Source: an uncultured Trueperaceae bacterium (GTDB taxonomy: Bacteria > Deinococcota > Deinococci > Deinococcales > Trueperaceae). Taken from it: a stretch of 64,000 nt of DNA. Below are positions 8,309 through 17,710 of the stretch, piece after piece. Below the pieces are notes generated by a model. The model ran no database searches, was not told the DNA's origin, and worked only from the letters and a program-made list of their open reading frames with translations. Each line of letters begins with the position of its first letter. Positions within the stretch are counted from its first letter, which is position 1. The stretch is taken from contig CAVSGP010000009.1 of NCBI GenBank assembly GCA_963727505.1, positions 384,001-448,000 of the forward strand. Direction: 5' to 3'. Made by a program: the position numbers and the translations under genes.

Positions 8309-9499
8309 TCAGAACGCGCTGGTGCCCGTGATCTCCCGGCCCAGCACCAGCGTGTGCACCGTGTCCGTGCCCTCGTACGTGGCCACCGTCTCGAGGTTCA
8401 GCATGTGACGGATGCTGGCGTACTCGGTCGTGATGCCGTTGCCGCCCAGCAGGTCGCGGGCCGCTCGCGCCACGGCCAGCGCCGTGCGGACGTTGTCGCG
8501 CTTGGCGAGCGAGACCCGCGACGGGCGATCGCCCCCCTGCTCCTTGAGACGCCCCAGCCGGTAGGCCAGCAGACTCCCCTTGGTGATGCCCGCCAGCATG
8601 TCGGCCAGTCGCTCCTGCACGATCTGCTTGGCGGCGAGTGGCTCGCCGAAGCTGGGGCGGTCTGCGACGTAGGCGGTCGCCTCGTCGAAGCACGCCTGCG
8701 CCGCGCCGAGCACACCGTAGGCGATCCCGAAACGGGCCTGGTTGAGGCAACTCAGCGCGCCCTTCAGGCCGGTCACCTCGAGCTTGTCGGTGGCCGGCAC
8801 GACGACGTCGTCGAAGTAGAGCTCAGACGTCACGGAGGCACGCATGGAGGCCTTGGTCTTGATGTCGAGTGCCTGGAAGCCCTCGGCCGTGGTGTCCACG
8901 GCGAACCCGAGGATCTCCCCGGAGTCCTCGTCGCGCGCCCATACGACGGCCACCTGCGCCCGCGAGCCGTTGGTGATCCAGCGCTTCACGCCGTTGAGGA
9001 CGTATTCGTCGCCGACCTTGCGCACGCGCGTGCGCATCGCGCCGGGATCGCTCCCCGCGTCCGGCTCGGTGAGCCCGAAGCAGCCGACAGCCTCGCCGCT
9101 AGCGAGCGGCGGCAGCCAACGCTTGCGTAGCGCCTCGGACCCGTAACGGTGGATGGGGTACATCACGAGGCTCGATTGCACGCTGACGAACGAACGCATG
9201 CCCGAGTCGGCGTACTCGAGCTCGCGGTTGATGAGGCCGTAGGCCGTGTAGGAGGCCTCCGAGCCGCCGTAGCTCTCGGGTAGCGTGACGCCCAGCATGC
9301 CGAGCTCTCCGAAGCGGCGGGGAAGATCGGTGGGGAAGGCGTCCTCCCGCCACCAGTCGGCGACGTTGGGAACGATCTCGCTTCGGATGAAGTCCCGGAC
9401 GCTGTCCCGGATCATGCGCTCTTCAGGGCTGTAGAGCGCGTCGAGATCGTAGAAATCTTCCAGAGACACGGCCGAGGCCGACGTAGCGCGGGTGGTCAT
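8309..9499 (-). CDS. Acyl-CoA dehydrogenase (glutaryl-CoA dehydrogenase-like)
   Basis: DSGMRSFVSVQSSLVM, GCFGLTEPDAGSDP, GVKRWITNG, CLNQARFGI, LGGNGI, TYEGT; GGAGG SD before ATG 9499. Confidence 0.92.
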   Translation of the reverse strand: MTTRATSASAVSLEDFYDLDALYSPEERMIRDSVRDFIRSEIVPNVADWWREDAFPTDLPRRFGELGMLGVTLPESYGGSEASYTAYGLINRELEYADSGMRSFVSVQSSLVMYPIHRYGSEALRKRWLPPLASGEAVGCFGLTEPDAGSDPGAMRTRVRKVGDEYVLNGVKRWITNGSRAQVAVVWARDEDSGEILGFAVDTTAEGFQALDIKTKASMRASVTSELYFDDVVVPATDKLEVTGLKGALSCLNQARFGIAYGVLGAAQACFDEATAYVADRPSFGEPLAAKQIVQERLADMLAGITKGSLLAYRLGRLKEQGGDRPSRVSLAKRDNVRTALAVARAARDLLGGNGITTEYASIRHMLNLETVATYEGTDTVHTLVLGREITGTSAF

Positions 9500-9534
9500 C
9501 GTTCCTCCAGGTCGGGGTGTCAGGCGGTGGCCGC

Positions 9535-9777
9535 TCAGCCGTCGCCGAAAAGCTTCTTGAGGGCGTCTTCCTTGCTGGTACGTTGCACGACAGCGTAGCG
9601 GGTGCCTTCGAGGCTGAGACGTCCCTGGTCGACCAGGGACGTCAGGGACGACTCGATGGTGTCGACGGCCAGCTCTTCGAAGTGCCTCTCGTCGATGGAG
9701 CGCTGCACCTCGCGGAGCGTCGCACCCTTCACGCCCGACAACTCCACGGCCTCGAATACCCAATCGTCCACCGTCAT
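9535..9777 (-). CDS. Small acidic hypothetical protein, possible winged-helix fold
   Basis: 80 aa ORF with host-like codon use; TACACT (9783-9788, minus strand) 5 nt upstream of the ATG. Confidence 0.7.
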   Translation of the reverse strand: MTVDDWVFEAVELSGVKGATLREVQRSIDERHFEELAVDTIESSLTSLVDQGRLSLEGTRYAVVQRTSKEDALKKLFGDG

Positions 9778-9845
9778 GCGTCAGTGTACGCCGCTGCGCC
9801 GCCCTCTCCCCGGGCATCCCGGGGGGAGGTACGTAAACAGGTCGC

Positions 9846-10856
9846 TCAGCGGTAGATGCTGCCCTGGGGGCCGTCGTCCTCCGCGCTCCGGTAGGCCTCT
9901 ACCGTACCGCCGGAGACTTCGCCCCACGCGGCGTCGTCGTCCATGTGGATGACCTTGACGGGACAGGCGCGCACGCAGGCGTCGCAGTCGACGCAGCGCT
10001 CGGGTTCGAGACGAAGGACCGGCCGACCGCCGTCGTCGGGCTCGAAGTCTCGAGAGAAGGCGTCGGTGGGGCACACGCGCGTGCAGACGGGGCACATGAT
10101 GCAGCCGTCGTCGACCCGTGGCAGGCGCCACGGCACGCGGTCCTCGGGTTGCGGACGCGCGAGCTCGAGCACCCGGTAGCGTCGCGTGAGCTCGCGCGGC
10201 AGCGGTGTGGGCTCGTCGGGATCGTCCGGCACCCGAAGCAGAGTCTCCAGCGGGGCCAGCGCCCCCGCCGCCGAGCGCCGCACGTTGCGCAGGCCTCCCG
10301 TCAGCAGGGCACGGCGGCTGACGCCTGCCGGTGCCCGGTCCTGCTCGAGGCTGTCACGCTGCTCCACCCGCACGGTGATGGTCCGGTCGTGCTGAGCGAC
10401 CAGCGCCTTGGCGTCGTCCACCGCGGCGGCCAGACCCTCCAGGATCTTCGGGACGCCGATCGGGCAGTCGGCGCAGTCGCCGTGCGCCAGCGTCACGTCG
10501 CCGTGCCGGGCCGCGAGGCGCACGACATCGGTCGCCTGCAGGCGACCGAGGCAGAGCACGCTCTGCGCGCTCCCCTCGACCTGCGAACAGCGTAGCGACG
10601 TTCCCGGCTCGTAGCTCACGCGCGGCTCGAGCGCCTGCGAAGGGCATACCTGCACGCACAACCCGCACCCCGTGCAGTCCACCGGGTCGATCTCCACCTC
10701 GCGCCCCAGCTTCACGGCGTAGTGCGGACACGCGGCGACGCACGCGTGGCAGGCGGTGCTCGACTGCGTGACGGCGATGCATCGGTCCGCGCTGTAGCTG
10801 GGCGCCACGTTGGTGGCCTTCAGCACGAAATTGAGGAGGTCGTCGAACCCCGGCAT
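9846..10856 (-). CDS. 4Fe-4S binding (poly)ferredoxin-like protein
   Basis: CxxCxxxCP and CxxCxxCxxxCP motifs: CHACVAACP, CTGCGLCVQVCP, CIMCPVCTRVCP, CVDCDACVRACP. Confidence 0.88.
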   Translation of the reverse strand: MPGFDDLLNFVLKATNVAPSYSADRCIAVTQSSTACHACVAACPHYAVKLGREVEIDPVDCTGCGLCVQVCPSQALEPRVSYEPGTSLRCSQVEGSAQSVLCLGRLQATDVVRLAARHGDVTLAHGDCADCPIGVPKILEGLAAAVDDAKALVAQHDRTITVRVEQRDSLEQDRAPAGVSRRALLTGGLRNVRRSAAGALAPLETLLRVPDDPDEPTPLPRELTRRYRVLELARPQPEDRVPWRLPRVDDGCIMCPVCTRVCPTDAFSRDFEPDDGGRPVLRLEPERCVDCDACVRACPVKVIHMDDDAAWGEVSGGTVEAYRSAEDDGPQGSIYR

Positions 10857-10868
10857 CCGAAAGGCCTC

Positions 10869-11969
10869 CTAGAAACCGTACACTTCGTGTCGCTTCTCGG
10901 AGAGTTTGCTGTGGTAGCCCGTGTCCTCCAAGTAGCGGTCGAAGGTCTCGAAATCCACCTGCTGCTTCTGGTCCGACAGCGCCACCGCCGGGTTGGGGTG
11001 CACCTCGATCATGATGCCGTCGGCCCCGATCGCCAGGCCCGCCTTGGTCAGCGGCACCAGCAGGTCGCGCCGGCCGCCCGAGTGCGTGACGTCGACCAGC
11101 ACCGGCAGGTGGGTCTCGAGCTTGGCCAGGGCGACGGCCGACACGTCCAGCGTGTTGCGCGTGTAGCGCTCGAAGGTGCGGATGCCGCGCTCGCACAGCA
11201 CCACATTGGGGTTGCCCTCGTTGAGCAGGTACTCGGCGGCCATCACCCACTCCTCGACCGTGGCCGAGAGGCCGCGCTTGAGCAACACCGGCTTGCGGCT
11301 GCGCCCCGCGGCCTTCAGGAGCGTGAAGTTCTGCATGTTGCGGGCGCCGATCTGCAGCATGTCAACGTAGTCCTCGAACATCGGCAGATGCTCGGCGTCC
11401 ATGATCTCGCTCACGAACGCGAGACCGTGACGGTCACAGGCCTGGCGCGCGAGGCGAAGCCCCTCCTCGCCCAGGCCCTGGAAGCTGTAGGGGTCGGTGC
11501 GGGGCTTGAAGGCGCCGCCGCGGAACAGGCTCACGCCCTGCGCTGCCACGTGCGCCGCAACGGCCTCCACCTGCGCGGCCGACTCGACGGCGCACGGGCC
11601 GGCGATCAGCACGGGAGAGTGCTTGCCGCCGATCGGTACGTCGCCGACCCGTACGACCGTGTCGCCATCGTGGGCGCGGCGCGAGGTGAGGTAGTGCCGC
11701 TTCTCCTGCGTCTCCTCGAGCTGCATGCTCGCCTGGAACACTTGCTTGAACAGGCTCTTGACGGCGGCGTCGGAGAACGGACCTTCGTTGGCCGCGGTGA
11801 GAGCTTCGAGCATCTCCTGCTCGCGCACCGGGTCGTAGTGCGACAGCCCCATGGCGCTCTGCAGCTCACCGATGTCCTCGGCGAGCGCGGCGCGCTGCGA
11901 CAGAAGGTCCAGGATCCTCAGGTTGAGATCGTCAATTCGGGCTCGTAGGCTCTGGATCTTCCCGTCCAT
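10869..11969 (-). CDS. Bifunctional chorismate mutase / DAHP synthase (type I-beta)
   Basis: N-terminal CM domain (LRARIDDLN...YDPVRE) plus IAGPCAVES, GGAFKPRT, QIGARNMQN, LLKRG, CERGIRTFE, VDVTHS. Confidence 0.93.
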   Translation of the reverse strand: MDGKIQSLRARIDDLNLRILDLLSQRAALAEDIGELQSAMGLSHYDPVREQEMLEALTAANEGPFSDAAVKSLFKQVFQASMQLEETQEKRHYLTSRRAHDGDTVVRVGDVPIGGKHSPVLIAGPCAVESAAQVEAVAAHVAAQGVSLFRGGAFKPRTDPYSFQGLGEEGLRLARQACDRHGLAFVSEIMDAEHLPMFEDYVDMLQIGARNMQNFTLLKAAGRSRKPVLLKRGLSATVEEWVMAAEYLLNEGNPNVVLCERGIRTFERYTRNTLDVSAVALAKLETHLPVLVDVTHSGGRRDLLVPLTKAGLAIGADGIMIEVHPNPAVALSDQKQQVDFETFDRYLEDTGYHSKLSEKRHEVYGF

Positions 11970-12666
11970 ACCCCATCCTACGCTGCGAGAAGTGCACCAC
12001 CCAGATCGTGAGCTCGTACAGCACGATGAGCGGAACCGCGACCAGGGAGAGGTTGAAGGGATCGCCGGTGGGGGTGATCACGGCGGCGAACACCAGCCCG
12101 ATGACGATGGCGTAGCGCCGGTTCTGCGAAAGCGGCCGCGAGCGCAGCACTCCGATACGCGCCAGCAGGTAGCCCAGCACCGGCATCTCGAACATGAGCC
12201 CGAAAACCCCCATCAGCATCAGGATGGTGGAGATGTAGCGGCCGATCGACAGCAGGCCGGTGGCGACCGACCCCAGGAAGCCCAGCAGGATCGGGATGGT
12301 GATGGGCAGCACCACGTAGTAGGCGAAGCCCACGCCGCACAGGAACGCCACCACCGCGAAGAAGATGAAGGGGACGGCGTAGCGGCGCTCCTGCCGGTAG
12401 AGGCCCGGGGCGATGAAGCCCCATATCTGGCCCAGGATGACGGGGAAGGCGATCACGAGCCCGAAGAAGCTGGCGATCTGCATCGAGACCGTGAACGGCT
12501 CGAGCACGCCGAAGTAACTGAGCGTGGTGTTGCCGGGCAGCGGGTTCTTGAGCCAGGTCAGCACCTGGAAGCGGAACACGAACGCCACGCCCGAGCCGAC
12601 GATCCAGGCGGCGAACGTGATCAGGAGCCGCGTGCGGAGCTCCTCGAAGTGTTCGATCAGCGTCAC
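11932..12666 (-). CDS. tatC: Twin-arginine translocase subunit TatC
   Basis: MTLIEHFEELRTRL, FIAPGLYRQERRY, FEMP, AAVITPTGDPF. Confidence 0.95.
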   Translation of the reverse strand: MTLIEHFEELRTRLLITFAAWIVGSGVAFVFRFQVLTWLKNPLPGNTTLSYFGVLEPFTVSMQIASFFGLVIAFPVILGQIWGFIAPGLYRQERRYAVPFIFFAVVAFLCGVGFAYYVVLPITIPILLGFLGSVATGLLSIGRYISTILMLMGVFGLMFEMPVLGYLLARIGVLRSRPLSQNRRYAIVIGLVFAAVITPTGDPFNLSLVAVPLIVLYELTIWVVHFSQRRMGYGREDPEPTSPN

Positions 12667-12739
12667 AGGGATGTTGGAACCCAGAAAGACCCGCGGCCGC
12701 GCGCTTCACGCTCGCGGCCGTCATCGGGTGGGTGCGGGT

Positions 12740-13087
12740 TCAGGCGCCCTTCGGCTTGGTGTCGCCGTCCTCGGTGGACGCGGCGGTCACGGGGGCGACC
12801 TCCGGCTCCTTGGCTTCGGGCGCAGGGGCCGCAGGCGCGCTCGTGTTGGCCGGCTCGGCCTGCGCGGCGCCTTCCTGGGCGGCTGCCTTCGAAGGCTTGC
12901 TCTGCGGGTCCGGATCGTTCGCCTCGGACTCGAAGTCCTCCTTCATGTCCTTGACGCCTTTTCGGAACTCGCGGACGGACTGGCCGAGGCCCTTCGCCAT
13001 CTCCGGCAGCCTGCGAGGCCCGAAGATCAGGAGAACGACCAACAAGATGATCAATAGCTCGGGAACGCCCAGCGACCCTATTCTCAT
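12740..13087 (-). CDS. tatA: Twin-arginine translocase TatA/E subunit
   Basis: LGVPELLIILLVVLLIFGPRRLPEMAKGLGQSVREFRKG; GGAGG SD 7 nt before ATG. Confidence 0.92.
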   Translation of the reverse strand: MRIGSLGVPELLIILLVVLLIFGPRRLPEMAKGLGQSVREFRKGVKDMKEDFESEANDPDPQSKPSKAAAQEGAAQAEPANTSAPAAPAPEAKEPEVAPVTAASTEDGDTKPKGA

Positions 13088-13288
13088 GCGATTGCCTCCA
13101 TCACGGGTAGCGTAGCATTGGTGGCCTTCGCACAAGGTGGTTTGGCGCGACGCTTGGCGTGCGCGGCGGTCATGGTCGCGCACGGTCCTCCGGACGCCGC
13201 CTCGCGGCCCGCAGCAGGCGCTGCGGGGTCGCCTGCCAGGGCGGCCCGGCCGCGCCGTTAGCAGCGTCACGAACGGCAATTTCTACCG

Positions 13289-13318
13289 TTGACAAGGGAA
13301 AATCGCGCGTGCTAACTT
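13289..13318 (+). promoter_or_regulatory. Sigma-A promoter of the tRNA-tuf operon
   Basis: TTGACA (13289-13294), 18 nt spacer, extended -10 TGcTAACTT (hexamer 13313-13318). Confidence 0.75.
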
Positions 13319-13394
13319 AGGCATTCGGACGTCAGCCCGGGCCCGGTCGGATCGGGAACGGAGCGCGTCGGTGAGGCCGTTCGAAACGCGGCGC

Positions 13395-13470
13395 GCCACC
13401 CTAGCTCAACCGGTAGAGCATCCGACTTGTAATCGGAAGGTTGTCGGTTCGACTCCGATGGGTGGCTCCA
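13395..13470 (+). tRNA. tRNA-Thr(TGT)
   Basis: GCCACCC/GGGTGGC acceptor stem, TCCGA-CT-TGT-AA-TCGGA anticodon arm, GTTCGA, encoded CCA. Confidence 0.96.
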
Positions 13471-13497
13471 CGACGCGGGCCTCGGCGTCCACGGTGC

Positions 13498-13583
13498 GGG
13501 TAGGTGCCCGAGTGGTTAAAGGGGACGGACTGTAAATCCGTTGGCTTTCGCCTACGCTGGTTCGAATCCAGCCCTGCCCACCA
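13498..13583 (+). tRNA. tRNA-Tyr(GTA)
   Basis: ACGGA-CT-GTA-AA-TCCGT anticodon arm, long variable arm, GTTCGAATC, encoded CCA. Confidence 0.96.
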
Positions 13584-13641
13584 GGTGCGCGGTCGTCGCG
13601 GTCGCGCCGCCCGAGAGGGCGCGCCCGGTTTCGGGCGATTT

Positions 13642-13717
<76 letters not shown>

Positions 13718-13791
13718 AGCACGGTCCCGCGTGCAGGCACGCCGCACGCGTCGGCACGCCGGGACCGGGCGATCGACGGGGTCGAAGGCGG

Positions 13792-13866
<75 letters not shown>

Positions 13867-13944
13867 AAGCGCGACCCCGAAGTCGAGTCGAGTCGCGCCT
13901 GCGGTGAGCAGGCCGGCTCGTTTCGGCTGGGAAAGGATAGAGCC

Positions 13945-15163
13945 ATGGCTAAGGGTGTGTTTGAGCGTACGAAGCCGCATGTGAATGTGGGGACGATTGG
14001 GCATGTGGATCATGGGAAGACGACGTTGACGGCTGCGATTACGTTTGCGGCTGCGGCGGCGGATCCGAGTGTGGAGATTCAGGATTACGATCAGATTGAT
14101 AAGGCGCCGGAGGAGAAGGCGCGGGGGATTACGATTAATACGGCGCATGTGGAGTATCAGACGGTTGCGCGGCATTATTCGCATGTGGATTGTCCGGGGC
14201 ATGCGGATTATGTGAAGAACATGATTACGGGTGCTGCGCAGATGGATGGTGCGGTGTTGGTGGTGTCGGCTGCGGATGGGCCGATGCCGCAGACGCGTGA
14301 GCATATTTTGTTGGCGCGTCAGGTGGGGGTGCCGTCGATTGTGGTGTTTTTGAACAAGGTGGATATGGTGGATGATGAGGAGTTGTTGGAGTTGGTGGAG
14401 ATGGAGGTGCGGGAGCTTTTGTCTTCGTATGAGTTTCCGGGGGATGAGATTCCGGTGGTGTCGGGGTCTGCGTTGAGGGCGTTGGAGGCGTTGCATGGGA
14501 ATCCGAATATGCAGCGTGGTGAGGATGGGTGGGTGGATAAGATTTGGGAGTTGTTGGATGCGGTGGATTCGTATGTTCCGACGCCGGTTCGGGATACGGA
14601 GAAGCCGTTTTTGATGCCGGTGGAGGATGTGTTTACGATTACGGGTCGTGGGACGGTGGCTACGGGTCGTATTGAGCGTGGTGGGGTGAAGACGGGGGAT
14701 GAGGTTGAGATTGTTGGGTCTTGGTGATACGCGGAAGACGGTGGTCACTGGGGTGGAGATGCATCGGAAGACGTTGTCGTCGGGGATGGCTGGGGATAAT
14801 GTGGGGGTTTTGTTGCGGGGTGTGGGGCGTGAGGAGATTGAGCGGGGTCAGGTGTTGGCGAAGCCTGGTTCGATTACGCCGCATACGGTGTTTCGGGGGT
14901 CGGTGTATGTGTTGAAGAAGGAGGAGGGGGGGCGGCATTCGGCGTTTTTTTCTGGGTATCGGCCGCAGTTTTACTTTCGGACGACGGATGTGACGGGGGT
15001 GGTGTCGTTGCCGGAGGGTGTGGAGATGGTGATGCCTGGGGATAATGTGGAGCTTGCGGTGGAGTTGATTAAGCCGATTGCGATGGAGGAGGGGTTGCGG
15101 TTTGCGATTCGTGAGGGGGGTCGGACGGTCGGTGCGGGTGTCGTGACGGCCGTGACGAAGTAG
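13945..15163 (+). CDS. tuf: Elongation factor Tu, with a +1 frameshift at 14716-14718 (assembly error or pseudogene)
   Basis: [59 protein letters not shown]; span is 1219 nt, so removing one G restores a 405-aa ORF reading [13 protein letters not shown]. Confidence 0.95.
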
Positions 15164-15249
15164 TCTTCGCCTCTTTCTCGTGCCGGGGCCCGCTGCATCA
15201 CCACGGCGGGGCCCCGACTCTGGTATGCTCTTTCGATTGGGAGACCATC

Positions 15250-15414
15250 ATGGCCAGTGACGTCCGCATCAAACTGCTTCTCGAGTGCACCGAGTGCAAG
15301 CGCCGTAACTACACGACGCACAAGAACCGGCGCAACAGCCAGGGCAAGCTCGAGCTCCGCAAGTACTGCCCCTGGGATCGCAAGCACACCGCGCACCGTG
15401 AGGTGAAGGTCTAG
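15250..15414 (+). CDS. rpmG: 50S ribosomal protein L33 (absent from the ORF track)
   Basis: Manual translation [54 protein letters not shown]; position between tuf and secE. Confidence 0.96.
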   Translation: MASDVRIKLLLECTECKRRNYTTHKNRRNSQGKLELRKYCPWDRKHTAHREVKV

Positions 15415-15424
15415 GCCGGCCCGT

Positions 15425-15607
15425 ATGTTCAAAGGATTCGTCAACTACCTGCGCAACTCACGCGCCGAGCTCGGTCGCGTCACCTGGCCCACCCGTAAGG
15501 AAGTGCTTCAGGCGACCGAAGCGACGCTGTTGTTCGTGGTGCTTACGGCGCTCTTCCTGCTCATCGCGGACGCCACGTTGGGGAACCTCATTGGCCTCCT
15601 CACCTGA
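15425..15607 (+). CDS. secE: Preprotein translocase subunit SecE
   Basis: ELGRVTWPTRKE followed by one TM helix; synteny. Confidence 0.93.
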   Translation: MFKGFVNYLRNSRAELGRVTWPTRKEVLQATEATLLFVVLTALFLLIADATLGNLIGLLT

Positions 15608-15679
15608 GGTCGACGCCCCACCCCGTCGCCGCGGCCAGGGTTCCGGCGCGGGGGCTCACGAGACGAGGTATGGACCCGA

Positions 15680-16237
15680 ATGAGCATCGAGTGGTACGCC
15701 GTCCACACCTATGTGGGCCACGAGGAGAAGGTGAAGGAGAACGTGATGAGTCGGGCGAAGTCGCTCGGCATTGCGGAGTGCATCTACCAGGTGGTCGTGC
15801 CCACCGAGGAGACGGTGGAGCACGCGGGCGGCGGCAAGAAAGAAGTCGTCAAGCGCAAGCTCTTTCCCGGATATATCTTCGTGCAGATGGATCTCGGCGA
15901 CAATCCCGACGAGCCCAACGAGGCATGGGAAGTCGTGCGCTACACGCCCGGCGTGACCGGTTTCGTGGGCACGGCGACGCGTGCGGTGCCGCTCTCCCCG
16001 GAAGAGGAGCTGCGGATGCTCGGCACGCTGGGCATCACCGGCTCGCGGGAAGCGCCCAAGATCAAGATCACCTTCAACGTCGGCGACATGGTCCAGGTCA
16101 CGGCCGGCCCCTTCGCCGACTTCACAGGTGTCGTCTCGGAGGTCAACCCCGAGCGCGGCAAGGTCAAGGTACTTGTCTCGATCTTCGGCCGGGAGACCCC
16201 GGTCGAGCTCGACTACTCTCAGGTCGTCAGGGCGTGA
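15680..16237 (+). CDS. nusG: Transcription termination/antitermination factor NusG
   Basis: [35 protein letters not shown] motif [19 protein letters not shown]. Confidence 0.97.
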   Translation: MSIEWYAVHTYVGHEEKVKENVMSRAKSLGIAECIYQVVVPTEETVEHAGGGKKEVVKRKLFPGYIFVQMDLGDNPDEPNEAWEVVRYTPGVTGFVGTATRAVPLSPEEELRMLGTLGITGSREAPKIKITFNVGDMVQVTAGPFADFTGVVSEVNPERGKVKVLVSIFGRETPVELDYSQVVRA

Positions 16238-16260
16238 GCGTGACCTCCCGTCACGATAGC

Positions 16261-16301
16261 GCGATGCCGAAGGCATCGCCCGGGATGCCTTCGGCATCCC
16301 G
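16261..16301. repeat. Doublet of palindromes that are reverse complements of each other
   Basis: GATGCCGAAGGCATC (16263-16277) and GATGCCTTCGGCATC (16284-16298), 6 nt apart. Confidence 0.8.
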
Positions 16302-16364
16302 CGCCCTCACGGAGCGTTCGAACCCCGCAGCGGGCCATGCCGGCGGGGGAGCTTAGGAGGAATC

Positions 16365-16805
16365 ATGGCCAAGAAGATCGCGGGTATCGTGAAGCTCCAA
16401 CTGCCCGCCGGAGGCGCCACGCCGGCGCCGCCGGTCGGCCCTGCGTTGGGGCAGTACGGTGCCAACATCATGCAGTTCGTGAAGGAGTACAACGCCACCA
16501 CGGCCTCCCAGGCCGGCGCGGTGATTCCGGTCGAGATCACCATCTTCGCCGACCGCTCCTTCACGTTCATCACCAAGACGCCGCCGGCCAGCTACCTCAT
16601 CAAGAAGGCGGCCGGGATCGACAGCGGCTCCGGTGAGCCGCACAAGGTGAAGGTCGGCAAGATCAGCTGGCAGCAATGCCTTGAGTTGGGCGAGCAGAAG
16701 ATGACCGACCTGAACGCGGGCAGCCCCGAGGCTGCGGCGCGTATCATCGCCGGTACGGCGCGCTCGATGGGCGTCACCGTGGAGGGAGCGCCGACCGATG
16801 GCTAG
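16365..16805 (+). CDS. rplK: 50S ribosomal protein L11
   Basis: [39 protein letters not shown]. Confidence 0.97.
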   Translation: MAKKIAGIVKLQLPAGGATPAPPVGPALGQYGANIMQFVKEYNATTASQAGAVIPVEITIFADRSFTFITKTPPASYLIKKAAGIDSGSGEPHKVKVGKISWQQCLELGEQKMTDLNAGSPEAAARIIAGTARSMGVTVEGAPTDG

Positions 16806-17481
16806 ACGTGGCAAGCGCTACCGCGAGCTCGAGAAGCGCGTCGATCGCGCCCAGCTCTACGCCCCCGATGAGGCGGCGGCGCTGGTGAAGGAACTCGCCA
16901 CGGCGAAGTTCGACGAGACGGTCGAGGCGCACTTCCGGCTCGGCGTCGACCCCAAGAAGTCCGATCAGACGGTGCGCGGCACCGTGGCTCTTCCGCACGG
17001 CACCGGCAAGACCGTCCGGGTGATCGCCATCACCCAGGGCGACAAGGTGGCGGAGGCGGAGGGCGCCGGCGCCGACGTCGTCGGCGGGGAGGATCTCATC
17101 CAGCGGATCGTCGACGGCTGGATGGATTTCGACGCCGTGGTCGCCACCCCGGACATGATGGCGCAAGTCGGGGGCAAGCTGGGCCGCGTGCTCGGCCCCC
17201 GCGGGCTGCTCCCGAACCCCAAGGCGGGCACCGTAGGCCCGAACATCGGCGATATCGTCGGTGCTTTGAAGGCCGGCCAGATCGAGTTCCGCGCCGACAA
17301 GACGGGTGTGGTGCACGCGCCCATCGGCAAGGCTAGCTTCGACACGGACAAGCTCGCGGAGAACCTCTCCGCGCTTCGTACGGCGTTGGATGCGGCGAAG
17401 CCCGACGCGGCGCGGGGCCAGTACGTCCGTACCGTCCACCTCAGCTCGACCATGGGCCCCAGTGTCCGGGTCGCCCTGTAG
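16798..17481 (+). CDS. rplA: 50S ribosomal protein L1
   Basis: [42 protein letters not shown]. Confidence 0.97.
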   Translation: MARRGKRYRELEKRVDRAQLYAPDEAAALVKELATAKFDETVEAHFRLGVDPKKSDQTVRGTVALPHGTGKTVRVIAITQGDKVAEAEGAGADVVGGEDLIQRIVDGWMDFDAVVATPDMMAQVGGKLGRVLGPRGLLPNPKAGTVGPNIGDIVGALKAGQIEFRADKTGVVHAPIGKASFDTDKLAENLSALRTALDAAKPDAARGQYVRTVHLSSTMGPSVRVAL

Positions 17482-17531
17482 GGCGGTTGCATTCACGGCA
17501 TCCCGGTGCGTAGCGGTTGCGATGCACCTCT

Positions 17532-17585
17532 GGCGTTGGAGACAGCAGGGGCCTGCCAGGCTTAAAGATCCTGCCGAGGCGTTCA
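17532..17585 (+). promoter_or_regulatory. L10 leader (rplJL autoregulatory RNA element), core region
   Basis: GAGACAGCAGG...GCTTAAAGATCCTGCCGAGG matches the characteristic L10-leader core upstream of rplJ; boundaries approximate. Confidence 0.8.
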
Positions 17586-17710
17586 AGGTTGCCAGTTTCG
17601 GCTCGTTTCGAGACGAACAGCGTGACCCCGCTGCGCTTCGCGGCACGCGCCCTTCGATAGCGGCCCCCTGGGGCCGCGGGCGCACGTTCTAGACAAGGTG
17701 AGAGGGTTCC

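Noticed and set aside
14699..14727. Programmed frameshift or naturally split EF-Tu
   Set aside because: No slippery heptamer or stimulatory structure seen; one extra G in a short run is better explained as an error or a null mutation.
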